Assembly: GCA_963666515.2 (NCBI GenBank)
Contig: OY762897.2
Span: 2,816,001 to 2,880,000 of the forward strand
DNA: 64,000 bases
Source of the DNA: Candidatus Binatia bacterium
Lineage (GTDB): Bacteria; Desulfobacterota; Binatia; UBA9968; JAJDTQ01
Direction of reading: 5' to 3'
Shown: in pieces, positions 9,451-24,400 of the stretch
Position numbering within the stretch: the first letter of the stretch is position 1
How the letters are laid out: the number at the start of each line of letters is the position of its first letter
Made by a program: the position numbers and the translations under genes
The notes under the pieces: generated by a model
Databases searched by the model: none
The model's input: only the letters and a program-made list of their open reading frames with translations
What the model was told of the DNA's origin: nothing

Positions 9451-12400
9451 TTGAGCTCGATGAGGCTACGGGTGCCAACCAACACGCATCAACCATACGA
9501 TCACCTCTCGGGCCGTGGGCCGGCGGGAGTCCGTGCGGAGCATGCAGCGTCCGCTTTTCGCCGGAGCCGCGGACTGAGTACGGCGGCGCTCCTCGTCCTC
9601 GTCCTGCTGCTGGCCGCAGGGGCCGCTTCGGCCCGGGAGCCGACCGAGCCGGCGGCCGAGACGCTCACCGCCGGCAGCATCGAGGCGACCACCGCGACCC
9701 TGACAATCTCCAACCACAGCGGCGACTGGTACTACCAATACGCCGCGCCCACCGGCGGCACGTGCTCGTCCGCGGTGACCACGACCTCGACCACGGTGTC
9801 GGACCTGAGCGCCAACACCAGCTACACCTTCAAGGCCTACAGTGACAGTTCGTGCAAAACCGAACTGGCGGCCGCGGCGGCGTTCCCGACCCTGCCGCCC
9901 AAGCCGTCGACGCCCGCGACCACAGCGGGCACGGACGACGGCACGCTGATTCTGTCCTCCTCGGTGACCGGCAGCGCACCGCTGACCAAGTGGCAGTACC
10001 GGCAGAAGGCGGGCGCCGGCAAGTACGGCGCCTGGACGGACGTCTCCAGCACCTCGACGAGCCTCAGCCACCTGCTCACCGGCCTGACCGACGGCGCCGA
10101 CTACCGGTTCAAGGTGCGCGCGGTGAACGCCTCGGGCGCCGGCGCGGCGTCGGACGCCTCTGTGGTGACGCCCGAATCGGACGAGGTGACGGTGGCCGCG
10201 GCGCCGGGCACGCCGACGAAGCCGGGCGCATATTCGTACAACGCCGCAGTGGGTCTGTCCAGCCAGACCAGCGACGGCGGCGCGTGGATCACCAGGTGGC
10301 AGTACCGGTACAAGTCCAAGCCTGCCGGCGGGAGCTACGGCAATTACAGCGGCTGGATCAACGTGCAGCTAACGGGTAGTCGGTTTGGCCTATACTTGAC
10401 AGGCCTGACCAACGGCACGGAGTACACGTTCAAGGTGCGCGCGGTGAACGCGGACGGCGCCGGCCCGGAATCGCCGGAGTCGTACCCGGTGAAGCCAGGC
10501 TACCCGGTGGCGCCGCCCAAGCCAACCGCCGCCGCCGCCAACGCCAGCGTCTCGCTGGGCACTTTCGTTCGCTACGACGGCGGCTTTTCGATCATCAGGT
10601 GGCAATACCAATACAAGTCCAAGCCTGCGGGCGGGAACTACGGCAATTACGGCAACTGGGTCAACGTGCAGCAAGCGGGGAGGCGTATGCAGACGACCGT
10701 GTCGAGCCTGACCAACGGCACGGAGTACACGTTCAAGGTGCGCGCGGTGAACGCGAACGGCAACGGTTACGAATCTCCGGAGTCGGATGCGGTGACGCCC
10801 ACCGCAGTGGTAACGCTGGTCTGCAACCGCACCGCGCAGGTGCGCACCGCGATCATCGCAGCGGTTTCGGGCAGATCGACCTGCGGGGCCATCACGGCCA
10901 CGGACCTGGCGGGGATTACCGGCGAGTTGAACTTGGAAAGCAAGGGCATCGCCTCCTTGAAGGCTGGTGACTTCGAGGGCCTGACCAGCGTGACGACGCT
11001 GGATCTGAGTGATAACGATCTACCCAGCCTGCCTGCAGGCATATTCGACCAGCTGACCAGCCTGACGCGACTGGAGCTGAAGCGTACCGGTCTGAACCAG
11101 CTGCGCGCGGGCGTATTCGACCAGCTGAGCAACCTGACGCGCCTTGAGCTGGGTGCATACGGTGGGGACTCCGACAACGGAAACCCTCTGACCAGCCTGC
11201 CTGCAGGCGTGTTCGACCGGCTGAGCAACCTGACGCGCCTGGGTCTGCAGGGGAACGATCTGACCAGCCTGCCTGTGGGCGTGTTCGACCAGTTGACCAA
11301 CCTGACGAATCTGCTCCTGAGCTTCAACGATCTGACCAGTCTGCCTGTGGGCGTGTTCGACCGGCTGACCAACCTGACGAATCTGTTTCTGAGCAACAAC
11401 GATCTGACCAGTCTGCCTGTGGGCGTGTTCGACCAGTTGACCAGCCTGACGTATCTGAATCTGAGCAACAACGATCTGACCAGTCTGCCTGTGGGCGTGT
11501 TCGACCAGCTGACCAACCTGACGAGTCTGGGTCTGCGCAACAACGATCTGACCAGCCTGCCTGCAGGCGTGTTCGACAAGCTGACCAGCCTGACGTATCT
11601 GAGTCTGTATGCCAACGATCTGACCAGCCTGCCTGCAGGCGTGTTCGACAAGCTGACCAACCTGCCGCTTCTGTATCTGGGCAACAACGATCTGACCAGC
11701 CTGCCTGCAGGCGTGTTCGACAAGCTGACCAGCCTGACGACCCTAGACCTAGGGCACAACGATCTGACCAGCCTGCCTGCGGGCGTGTTCGACAAGCTGA
11801 CCAACCTGACGAATCTGTTTCTGAGTGGCACCAGCCTGACCTGCTTGCCCGGCATTCCCACCTCAGTGACGACGCTGTTCTTGCAAAAGGCCGAGAGCAC
11901 CTACGCCGCCTGCGGCGGCGCGGTGACGGTGAGCAAGTCCAGCCTGACGGTGTTGCCGACTGCCACGGCGACCTACACCGTCGTGCTGGACGCGGAGCCG
12001 AACCGTTACGCCAACAGCGGCACCGTCACCGTGACGCCCGCGAGCAGCGACACGAGCAAGGCCACGGTGTCGGGCGCGCTCACCTTCACCTCCGGCAACT
12101 GGAGCACGCCGCAGACGGTCACCGTCACCGGCAAGGCCGTGGGCTCGGCGACGATTTCGCACACCGTCAGCGACACCGGCGGCTACGACGACGCCACCGC
12201 CCCCAACGTGGCGGCGACGGTGGCCGGCAAGGTGCTGACGGCGTCGTCCATCACCACGAGCGGGGCGACGCTGACCATCGCCGGCCACACGGGCAACTGG
12301 TACTACCAGTACACCGCGCCCACCGGCGGCACCTGCTCGTCGACGGCGGTCACCGGGAACTCCACCACGGTGTCGGACCTCACCGCGAACACCTCCTACA

Positions 12401-15400
12401 CCTTCAAGGCGTACTCGGACGCCGGCTGCGCCACGGAACTCGTCGCCGCGGACGCGTTCCCGACGCTGCCGCCCAAGCCGGCGAAGCCCACGGCCACGGC
12501 GGGCGCGGGCAGCGGCACCCTGACCCTGGCCTCATCGGTGACCGGCACGGCGGCGCTGACCCAGTGGCAGTACAAGCAGAAGGAAGGCACCGGCAACTAC
12601 GATGCGGACTGGACCGACATCGACAGCACCTCGACGAGCCTGAGTTACACCCTGACCGGGCTGACCAACGGCACCAATTACCAGTACAAGGTGCGCGCGA
12701 AGAACGCGTCCGGCAACAGCGCGGACTCGGACGCCTCCACCGCGGCCCAGCCGGGGGCCGTGACCCTGACCGCCGGCTCGGTGGAGGCGGCCACCGCGAC
12801 GCTGACCCTCGGCAACTGGACCGGCAACTGGTGGCTGAAGCGCACGACGCCGGCGGACACCACCTGCAAGTCCAAGGGCACGACCGCGACCGAGGACCTG
12901 ACGACCCTGTCGTCCAACACCAGCTACACCTACACGGCCTACAGCGACAGTACCTGCGCGACCGAACTGGCGAGCGAAACCTTCCTCACCAAGCCGGGCA
13001 AGCCGACCACGCCGCAGGCCGCGTCGGGCGCCGGCAGCGGCACGCTGGTCGTCTCCGCGTCGGTAACCGGCAGCGGCACGATCGCCAAGTGGCAGTACAA
13101 GCAGAAGGAAGGCGCCGGCAACTTCGATGCGGACTGGACCGACATTGACAGCACCGCGACCGTGCTGAGCCACACCCTCACCGGGCTGACCAACGGCACC
13201 GACTACCAGTACAAGGTGCGCGCGGAGAACGCCTCGGGTGCCGGCGCGGACTCGGACGCCTCCACCGCGGCCCAGCCGGGGGCCGTGACCCTGACCGCCG
13301 GCTCGGTGGAGGCGGCCACCGCGACGCTGACCCTCGGCAACTGGACCGGCAACTGGTGGCTGAAGCGCACGACGCCCGCGGACACCACCTGCAAGTCCAA
13401 GGGCACGACCGCGACCGAAGACCTGACGACCCTGTCGACCAACACCAGCTACACCTACACCGCCTACGGCGACAGTACCTGCGCTACCCAACTGACGAGC
13501 GAGACCTTCCTGACCAAGCCGGGCAAGCCGACCAAGCCCACGGCCACGGCCGGCGCGGGCAGCGGCAAGCTGACCCTGTCGGCCTCGGTGAGCGGCGACG
13601 GCGCGCTCACCAAGTGGCAGTACAAGCAGAAGGAGGGCGCCGGCAACTACGACGCCGACTGGACCGACGTCTCCGGCACCTCGACGAGCCTGACCCACGT
13701 GATCAGCGGGCTGACCGACGGCACCAACTACCAGTACAAGGTGCGCGCGGAGAACGCCTCGGGCGCCGGCGCGGACTCGGACGCCTCCACCGCGGCCCAG
13801 CCGGGGGACAAGACGCTGAAGGCGAGCGCGGTGGAGGCGACCACCGCGACCCTGACCCTCGGCAACCACGCCGGCAACTGGTGGCTGAAGCGCACGACGC
13901 CGGCGGACACCACCTGCAAGTCCAAGGGCACGACCGCGACCGAGTCCCTGACGACCCTGTCGTCCAACACCAGCTACACCTACAAGGCCTACAGCAACAG
14001 CACCTGCGCGACCGAACTGGCGACCGCGATCTTCCTGACCAAGCCGGGCAAGCCCACCAAGCCCACCGCCGCGGCGGGCGCGGGCAGCGGCGCCCTGACC
14101 CTGTCGGCCTCGGTGACCGGCAACGGCACGCCGACCAAGTGGCAGTACCAGCAGAAGGAGGGCATCGGCGGCTACGGCGCCTGGAAGGACATCGTGTCCA
14201 CCTCGACCTCGCTGAGCCACGTGGTCAGGGAGCTGACCGACGGCACCAACTACCAGTTCAAGGTGCGCGCGGAGAACGCCACCGGCGCCGGCGCCGAGTC
14301 GGACGCCTCGGATGCGGCGACGCCGACGGACGAGACCCTGACCGCGTCGTCCATCACCGCCACCGGGGCGACCCTGACCATCGGCAGCTACACGGGGAGT
14401 TGGTACTACCAGTACACCGCGCCCACCGGCGGCACGTGCTCCTCGGAAATCACCGGGACCTCCGCCACGGTGTCGGACCTCACCGCGAACACCTCCTACA
14501 CCTTCAAGGCCTATAGCGACTACACGTGCACGACCGAACTGGCCGCGGCGTCGGCGTTCACGACGCTGCCGCCCAAACCCGCCAAGCCCACGGTCACCGC
14601 GGGCACGGTTGCCGACACGCTGGTCCTGGCATCCTCGGTGACCGGCACCGCGGCGCTGGTCAAGTGGCAGTACAAGCAGAAGGCAGGCACCGGCAACTTC
14701 GATACGGACTGGACCGACATCTCGTCCACCTCGAAGAGCCTGAGCCACACGGTGACCGGCCTGACCAGCGGCACCAACTACCAGTACAAGGTGCGCGCGG
14801 AGAACGCCTCGGGCTCCGGCGCCGAGTCGGACGCCTCCACCGCGGTGCAGCCGCCGGACGAGACCCTGACCGCCAGCTCGGTGGCGGCGACCACCGCGAC
14901 CCTGACCCTCGGCAAGCACAGCGGCAACTGGTGGCTGAAGCGCACGACGCCCGCGGACACCAACTGCAAGTCCAAGGGCACGACCGCGACCGAGGACCTG
15001 ACCAGCCTGTCGACCAACACCAGCTACACCTACAAGGCCTACGGCAACAATACCTGCACGACCGAACTGGCGAGCGAGACGTTCCTGACCAAGCCGGGCA
15101 AGCCCACCACGCCCACGGCCACCGCGGGCGCGGGCAGCGGGAAGCTGACCCTGGCGGCCTCGGTGACCGGCGGCGGCACGCTCACCAAGTGGCAGTACAA
15201 GCAGAAGGAAGGCACCAACAACTACGACGACGACTGGACCGACATCAACAGCACCTCGACGAGCCTGAGCTACACGGTGACCGGGCTGACCGACGGCACC
15301 AACTACCAGTACAAGGTGCGCGCGGAGAACGCCACGGGCACCGGCGCGACGTCGGACGCCTCGGTGGCGGCGCAGCCCCTGGACGAGACCCTGACCGCGA

Positions 15401-18400
15401 GTTCGGTGGAGGCGACCACCGCGACCCTGACCATCGGCAACTATACGGGGAACTGGTACTACCAGTACACGTCCCCGAGCGGCGGCACCTGCTCCACCAG
15501 CGCGGTGACCACCCCGGCGGTAGACCTGGATGACCTGTCGTCCAACACCAGCTACACCTACAAGGCCTACGGCAACGATACCTGCGCGACCGAACTGGCG
15601 AGCGAGACGTTCCTGACCAAGCCGGGCAAGCCCACCAAGCCCACGGCCACGGCCGGCGCCGGCAGCGGCAAGCTGACCCTCACCGCGTCGGTGACGGGCA
15701 GCGGCACGCTGACGAAGTGGCAGTACAAGCAGAAGGAAGGCACCGGCAACTTCGACGACGACTGGACGGATATCGACAGCACCTCGACGAACCTGAGTTA
15801 CACCCTGACCGGGCTTACCGACGACACCGACTACCAGTACAAGGTGCGCGCGAGGAACGCCACCGGCGCCGGCGCCGAGTCGGACGCCTCCACCGCGGCG
15901 CAACCGACCGACGAGACCCTGACCGCGAGCAACGTGGAGGCGACCACCGCCACCCTGACCCTCGGCAACTACGCCGGCAACTGGTGGCTGAAGCGCACGA
16001 CGCCGGCGGACACCAACTGCAAGTCCAAGGGCACGACCGCAACCGAGGACCTGTCGGACCTGTCGTCCAACACCAGCTACACCTACAAGGCCTACAGCGA
16101 CAGTTCGTGCGCGAACGAACTGGTGCCGGCGACGCTGTTGACCAAGCCGGGCAAGCCCACCAAGCCCACGGCCACGGCCGGCAGCGGCAGCGGCAGGCTG
16201 ACCCTCGCCGCGTCGGTGACCGGCAGCGGCACGCTCATCAAGTGGCAGTACAAGCAGAAGAAAGGCGCCGGCAACTTCGACGCCGACTGGACCGACATCG
16301 ACAGCACCTCGACGAACCTGAGTTACACCCTGACCGGGCTGACCGACGGCGCCGACTACCAGTACAAGGTGCGCGCGGAGAACGCCACCGGGGCCGGCGC
16401 CGAGTCGGATGCCTCCACCGCGGCCCAGCCCCTGGACGAGACCCTGACCGCGTCGTCCATCACGACGAGCGGGGCGACCCTGACCATCGGCAACCATCCG
16501 GGGAGTTGGTACTACAAGCAGACCGCGCCGACGACCGGGGACTGCTCCACGGAAATCACCGGGACCTCCACCACGGTGTCGGACCTGACCGCGAACACCT
16601 CGTACACCTTCAAGGCGTATAGCGACACCGGTTGCGAGACGGAACTGGCCGCGGCGTCGGCGTTCCCGACCCTGCCGCCCAAGCCGTCCAAACCCACCGC
16701 GACGGCCGGGGTGGGCAGCGGCAAGCTGACCCTGACCGCCTCGGTGACCGGCACCGCGACGCTGACCAGGTGGCAGTACAAGCAGAAGAAAGACAATGGC
16801 AACTACGGGTCCTGGCAGGATATCTCCGGCACCTCGACGAGCCTGAGCCACGTGCTCAGCGGCCTGACCAACAGCAGCGCCTACCAGTACAAGGTGCGCG
16901 CGGAGAACGCCTCGGGCGCCGGCGCCGAGTCGGACGCCTCGGTGGCGGCGAAGCCGGGCACGGTGCCGAAGATGGGGACGCCGACGCTGACCGGCGGCAA
17001 CAAGCGGATTTCGGTGAGCTGGACCCACCCGACCGGGGTGACCGGGCTGCAGGCCTACCGCATCCGCTATCGCAAGAAGGGGACCAGCACGTGGACCTAC
17101 GCCGACGCCAGGTCCGACAACGGCCACCAGAATTACTACGCGAACCAGACCAGCGCCACGCTTCCCGCCCATGAAGACTTCACGATGCAGGACGGCACGA
17201 CCTACCAGGTCGAAATACGGGCCGGCAAGTGGAACGACGGCTATTCGGGCTGGGGCGCGTGGTCCGACACGGCCGAGGCGCTGACGACGAAGCTGACCGC
17301 GAGCGACGTGGAGGCGACCACCGCGACCCTGACCCTCACCGGCCATTCGGGGAACTGGTACTACAAGTACACGTCCCCGAGCGGCGGCACCTGCTCCACC
17401 AGCGCGGTGACCACCCCGGCGAAGGACCTGGCGGATCTGTCGTCCAACACCAGCTACACCTACAAGGCCTACAGTGACTCCGGCTGTAGCAGCAACAAGG
17501 AACTGGCGACCGCGCCGGCGTTCCTGACCAAGCCGGGCAAGCCCACCAAGCCCACGGCCACGGCCGGAGCGGGCAGCGGCAAGCTGACCCTGGCGGCCTC
17601 AGTGACCGGCAGCGGCACGCTCGCCAAGTGGCAGTACAAGCAGAAGAAAGGCAGCGGCAACTACGACGACGACTGGACCGACATCGACAGCACCTCGACG
17701 AACCTGAGTTACACCCTGACCGGCCTGACCGACGGCACCAACTACCAGTACAAGGTGCGCGCCAGGAACGCCACCGGCGCCGGCGCGACGTCGGACGCCT
17801 CCACCGCGGCACAGCCGACCGACGAGACCCTGACCGCCAGCTCGGTGGAGGCGGCCACCGCCACCCTGACCCTCGGCAACTACACGGGCAACTGGTGGCT
17901 GAAGCGCACCACGCCGGCGGACACCACCTGCAAGTCCAAGGGCACGACCGCGACCGAGGACCTGACGACCCTGTCGTCCAACACCAGCTACACCTACAAG
18001 GCCTACAGCGACGATACCTGCGCGACCGAACTGAAAAGCGCGACTTTCCTGACCAAGCCGGGCAAGCCCACCAAGCCCACGGCCACGGCCGGGGCCGGCA
18101 GCGGCAAGCTGACCCTGGCCGCCTCGGTGACCGGCAGCGGCACGCTCGCCAAGTGGCAGTACAAGCAGAAGAAAGGCGGCGGCAACTACGACGACGACTG
18201 GACCGACATCAACAGCACTTCGACGAGCCTGAGTTACACCCTGACCGGCCTGACCGACGGCACCAACTACCAGTACAAGGTGCGCGCCAGGAACGCCACC
18301 GGCGCCGGCGCCGAGTCGGACACCTCCACCGCGGCCCAGCCCCTGGACGAGACCCTGACCGCCAGCTCGGTGGAGGCGGCCACCGCGACCCTGACCCTCG

Positions 18401-21400
18401 GCAACTACACGGGCAACTGGTGGCTGAAGCGCACCACGCCGGCGGACACCACCTGCAAGTCCAAGGGCACGACCGCGACCGAGGACCTGACGACCCTGTC
18501 GTCCAACACCAGCTACACCTACAAGGCCTACAGCAACGATACCTGCGCGACCGAACTGAAAAGCGCGACGTTCCTGACCAAGCCGGGCAAGCCCACCAAG
18601 CCCACGGCGACGGCCGGCGCGGGCAGCGGCAAGCTGACCCTGGCCGCCTCGGTGACCGGCAGCGGCACGCTCGCCAAGTGGCAGTACAAGCAGAAGAAAG
18701 GCAGCGGCAACTACGATGACGACTGGACCGACATCAACAGCACTTCGACGAGCCTGAGCCACGTGGTCACCGGCCTGACCGACGGCACCAACTACCAGTA
18801 CAAGGTGCGCGCGAGGAACGCCACCGGCGCCGGCGCAACGTCGGACGCCTCCACCGCGGCCCAGCCCCTGGACGAGACCCTGACCGCCAGCTCGGTGGAG
18901 GCGGCCACCGCCACCCTGACCCTCGGCAACTACACGGGCAACTGGTGGCTGAAGCGCACGACGCCGGCGGACACCACCTGCAAGTCCAAGGGCACGACCG
19001 CGACCGAGGACCTGACGACCCTGTCCTCCAACACCAGCTACACCTTCAAGGCCTACAGCGACGATACCTGCGCGACCGAACTGAAAAGCGCGACGTTCCT
19101 GACCAAGCCGGGCAAGCCCACCAAGCCCACGGCCACGGCCGGCGCGGGCAGCGGCAAGCTGACCCTCGCCGCCTCGGTGACCGGCAGCGGCACGCTCGCC
19201 AAGTGGCAGTACAAGCAGAAGAAAGGCGGCGGCAACTACGATGACGACTGGACCGACATCAACAGCACCTCGACGAACCTGAGTTACACCCTGACCGGCC
19301 TGACCGACGGCACCAACTACCAGTACAAGGTGCGCGCGAGGAACGCCACCGGCGCCGGCGCAACGTCGGACGCCTCCACCGCGGCCCAGCCCCTGGACGA
19401 GACCCTGACCGCCAGCTCGGTGGAGGCGGCCACCGCCACCCTGACCCTCGGCAACTACACGGGCAACTGGTGGCTGAAGCGCACGACGCCGGCGGACACC
19501 ACCTGCAAGTCCAAGGGCACGACCGCGACCGAGGACCTGACGACCCTGTCGTCCAACACCAGCTACACCTTCAAGGCCTACAGCGACGATACCTGCGCGA
19601 CCGAACTGAAAAGCGCGACGTTCCTGACCAAGCCGGGCAAGCCCACCAAGCCCACGGCCACGGCCGGCGCGGGCAGCGGCAAGCTGACCCTCGCCGCCTC
19701 GGTGACCGGCAGCGGCACGCTCGCCAAGTGGCAGTACAAGCAGAAGAAAGGCGGCGGCAACTACGATGACGACTGGACCGACATCAACAGCACCTCGACG
19801 AACCTGAGTTACACCCTGACCGGCCTGACCGACGGCACCAACTACCAGTACAAGGTGCGCGCCAGGAACGCCACCGGCGCCGGCGCCGAGTCGGACGCCT
19901 CCACCGCGGCCCAGCCCCTGGACGAGACCCTGACCGCCAGCTCGGTGGAGGCGGCCACCGCCACCCTGACCCTCGGCAACTACACGGGCAACTGGTGGCT
20001 GAAGCGCACGACGCCGGCGGACACCACCTGCAAGTCCAAGGGCACGACCGCGACCGAGGACCTGACGACCCTGTCCTCCAACACCAGCTACACCTTCAAG
20101 GCCTACAGCGACAGTAACTGCGCGACCGAGCTGCTGGCGAGCGAGACGTTCCTGACCAAGCCGGGCAAGCCCACCAAGCCCACGGCGACCAGCGGCGCGG
20201 GCAGCGGCAAGCTGACCCTCGCCGCCTCGGTGACCGGCAGCGGCACGCTGAAGAAGTGGCAGTACAAGCAGAAGGAAGGCGGCGGCAACTTCGACGACGA
20301 CTGGACCGACATCGACAGCACCTCGACGAGCCTGAGTTACACCCTCACCGGCCTGACCGACGGCACTGACTACCAGTACAAGGTGCGCGCGGAGAACGCC
20401 ACGGGCGCCGGCGCGACGTCGGACGCCTCAGTGGCGGCGCAGCCGGCGAACGAGACCCTGACCGCCAGCTCGGTGGCGGCGACCACCGCGACCTTGACCA
20501 TCGGCAACTACACGGGGAACTGGTGGCTGAAGCGCACGACGCCGGCGGACACCAACTGCAAGTCCAAGGGCACGACCGCCACCGAGGACCTGACGACCCT
20601 GTCGTCCAACACCAGCTACACCTACAAGGCCTACAGCAACAGTACCTGCGCGACCGAACTGGCGAGCGAGACCTTCCTGACCAAGCCGGGCAAGCCCACC
20701 AAGCCCACGGCGACCAGCGGCGCCGGCAGCGGCAAGCTGACCCTCGCCGCCTCGGTGACCGGCAGCGGCACGCTCGCGAAGTGGCAGTACAAGCAGAAGA
20801 AAGGCGGCGGCAACTTCGACGACGACTGGACCGACATCAACAGCACCTCGACCTCGCTGAGCCACACGATCACCGGACTGACCGACGGCGCCGACTACCA
20901 GTACAAGGTGCGCGCGGAGAACACCACCGGCGCCGGCGCCGAGTCGGACGCCTCCACCGCGGCCCAGCCCCTGGACGAGACCCTGACCGCGAGTTCGGTG
21001 GCGGCGACCACCGCGACCCTGACCATCGGTAACTACGGCGGCGAGTGGTACTACAAGCACACGTCCCCGAGCAGCGGGTCCTGCTCCAGCAGCGCGGTGA
21101 CCACCTCGGCGGTGGACCTGGAGGACTTGTCGTCCAACACCAGCTACACCTACAAGGCCTACAGCAACAATACCTGCACGACCGAACTGGCGGCGGCGCC
21201 GGCGTTCCTGACCAAGCCGGGCAAGCCCACCAAGCCCACGGCCACGGCCGGCGCCGGCAGCGGCAAGCTGACCCTGGCCGCCTCGGTGACCGGCAGCGGC
21301 ACGCTCGCCAAGTGGCAGTACAAGCAGAAGAAAGGCAGCGGCAACTTCGACGACGACTGGACCGACATCTCGTCCACCTCGACCTCGTTGAGCCACACGA

Positions 21401-24400
21401 TCACCGGCCTGACCGACGGCGCCGACTACCAGTACAAGGTGCGCGCGAGGAACGCCACCGGCGCCGGCGCGGACTCGGACGCCTCCACCGCGGCGCAGCC
21501 ACTGGACGAGACCCTGACCGCCAGTTCGGTGGAGGCGGCCACCGCGACCCTGACCCTCGGCAACTACACGGGGAACTGGTGGCTGAAGCGCACGACGCCG
21601 GCGGACACCACCTGCAAGTCCAAGGGCACGACCGCCACCGAGGACCTGACGACCCTGTCGTCCAACACCAGCTACACCTACAAGGCCTACAGCGACGATA
21701 CCTGCGCGACCGAACTGGCGGCCGAGACCTTCCTGACCAAGCCGGGCAAGCCCACCAAGCCCACGGCCACGGCCGGCGCCGGCAGCGGCAAGCTGACCCT
21801 GGCGGCCTCGGTGACCGGCAGCGGCACGCTCGCGAAGTGGCAGTACAAGCAGAAGAAAGGCGGCGGCAACTTCGACGACGACTGGACCGACATCAACAGC
21901 ACTTCGACGAGCCTGAGTTACACCCTCACCGGGCTGACCGGCGGCGCCAACTACCAGTACAAAGTGCGCGCGGAGAACGCCACCGGCGCCGGCGCCGAGT
22001 CGGACGCCTCCGTGGCGGCGCAGCCGGCGAACGAAACCTTGACGGCGAGTTCGGTGGAGGCGGCCACCGCGACCCTGACCCTCGGCAACTACACGGGCAA
22101 CTGGTGGCTGAAGCGCACGACGCCGGCGGACACCAACTGCAAGTCCAAGGGCACGACCGCCACCGAGTCCCTGACGACCCTGTCATCCAACACCAGCTAC
22201 ACCTACAAGGCCTACAGCGACAATACCTGCGCGACCGAACTGGCGAGCGAGACCTTCCTGACCAAGCCGGGCAAGCCCACCAAGCCCACGGCGACCAGCG
22301 GCGCCGGCAGCGGCAAGCTGACCCTCGCCGCCTCGGTGACCGGCAACGGCACGCTCGCGAAGTGGCAGTACAAGCAGAAGAAAGGCGGCGGCAACTTCGA
22401 CGACGACTGGACCGACATCGACAGCACCTCGACGAACCTGAGCCACACCCTCACCGGGCTGACCGGCGGCACCAACTACCAGTACAAAGTGCGCGCGGAG
22501 AACGCCACCGGCGCCGGCGCCGAGTCGGACGCCTCCGTGGCGGCGCAGCCGGCGAACGAGACCCTGACGGCGAGCTCGGTGGAGGCGGCCACCGCGACCC
22601 TGACCCTCGGCAACTACACGGGCAACTGGTGGCTGAAGCGCACGACGCCGGCGGACACCAACTGCAAGTCCAAGGGCACGACCGCCACCGAGTCCCTGTC
22701 GGACCTGTCGTCCAACACCAGCTACACCTACAAGGCCTACAGCAACAATACCTGCGCGACCGAACTGGCGGCCGAGACCTTCCTGACCAAGCCGGGCAAG
22801 CCCACCAAGCCCACGGCGACCAGCGGCGCCGGCAGCGGCAAGCTGACCCTCGCCGCCTCGGTGACCGGCAGCGGCACGCTCGCGAAGTGGCAGTACAAGC
22901 AGAAGAAAGGCGGCGGCAACTTCGACGACGACTGGACCGACATCGACAGCACCTCGACGAACCTGAGCCACACCCTGACCGGGCTGACCGACGGCACCAA
23001 CTACCAGTACAAAGTGCGCGCGGAGAACGCCACCGGCGCCGGCGCCGAGTCGGACGCCTCCGTGGCGGCGCAGCCGGCGAACGAGACCCTGACCGCCAGC
23101 TCGGTGACGGCGACCACCGCGACCCTGACCCTCGGCAACTACACGGGCAACTGGTGGCTGAAGCGCACGACGCCGGCGGACACCAACTGCAAGTCCAAGG
23201 GCACGACCGCCACCGAGTCCCTGACGACCCTGTCGTCCAACACCAGCTACACCTACAAGGCCTACGGCAACAGTACCTGCGCGACCGAACTGGCGGCCGA
23301 GACCTTCCTGACCAAGCCGGGCAAGCCCACCAAGCCCACGGCCACGGCCGGGGCCGGCAGCGGCAAGCTGACCCTCGCCGCCTCGGTGACCGGCAGCAGC
23401 ACGCTGAAGAAGTGGCAGTACAAGCAGAAGAAAGGCGGCGGCAACTTCGACGACGACTGGACCGACATCAACAGCACCTCGACCTCGCTGAGCCACACGA
23501 TCACCGGACTGACCGACGGCGCCGACTACCAGTACAAGGTGCGCACGGAGAACGCCACCGGCGCCGGCGCCGAGTCGGACGCCTCCACCGCGGCCCAGCC
23601 AGGGGCCGTGACGCTGACGGCAAGTTCGGTGGAGGCGGCCATCGCGACCCTGACCATCGGCAAACACAGCGGCAACTGGTGGCTGAAGCGCACCACGCCG
23701 GCAGACACCAACTGCAAGTCCAAAGGCACGACCGCGACCGAGGACCTGACGACCCTGTCGTCCAACACCAACTACACCTACAAGGCCTACAGCAACAGTA
23801 CCTGCGCGACCGAACTGGCGGCCGAGACCTTCCTGACCAAGCCGGGCAAGCCCGCCAAGCCCACGGCGACCAGCGGCGCCGGCAGCGGCAAGCTGACCCT
23901 CGCCGCCTCGGTGACCGGCAGCGGCACGCTCGCGAAGTGGCAGTACAAGCAGAAGAAAGACGGCGGCAACTTCGACGACGACTGGACCGACATCAACAGC
24001 ACCTCGACCTCGTTGAGCCACACGATCACCGGCCTGACCGACGGCGCCGACTACCAGTACAAGGTGCGTGCGGAGAACGCCACCGGCAACGGCGCCGAGT
24101 CGGACGCCTCGGTGGCGGCGCAGCCGGCGAACGAGACCCTGACGGCGAGCTCGGTGGAGGCGGCCACCGCGACCCTGACCCTCGGCAACTACACGGGCAA
24201 CTGGTGGCTGAAGCGCACGACGCCGGCGGACACCAACTGCAAGTCCAAGGGCACGACCGCCACCGAGGACCTGTCGGACCTGTCGTCCAACACCAGCTAC
24301 ACCTACAAGGCCTACAGCAACAATACCTGCGCGACCGAACTGGCGGCCGAGACCTTCCTGACCAAGCCGGGCAAGCCCACCAAGCCCACGGCGACCAGCG

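Noticed and set aside
11188-11835. Constant-plus-variable 72-bp periodicity resembling a CRISPR array
   Set aside because: In-frame LRR coding sequence; the variable parts are homologous to each other, and no cas genes are present.
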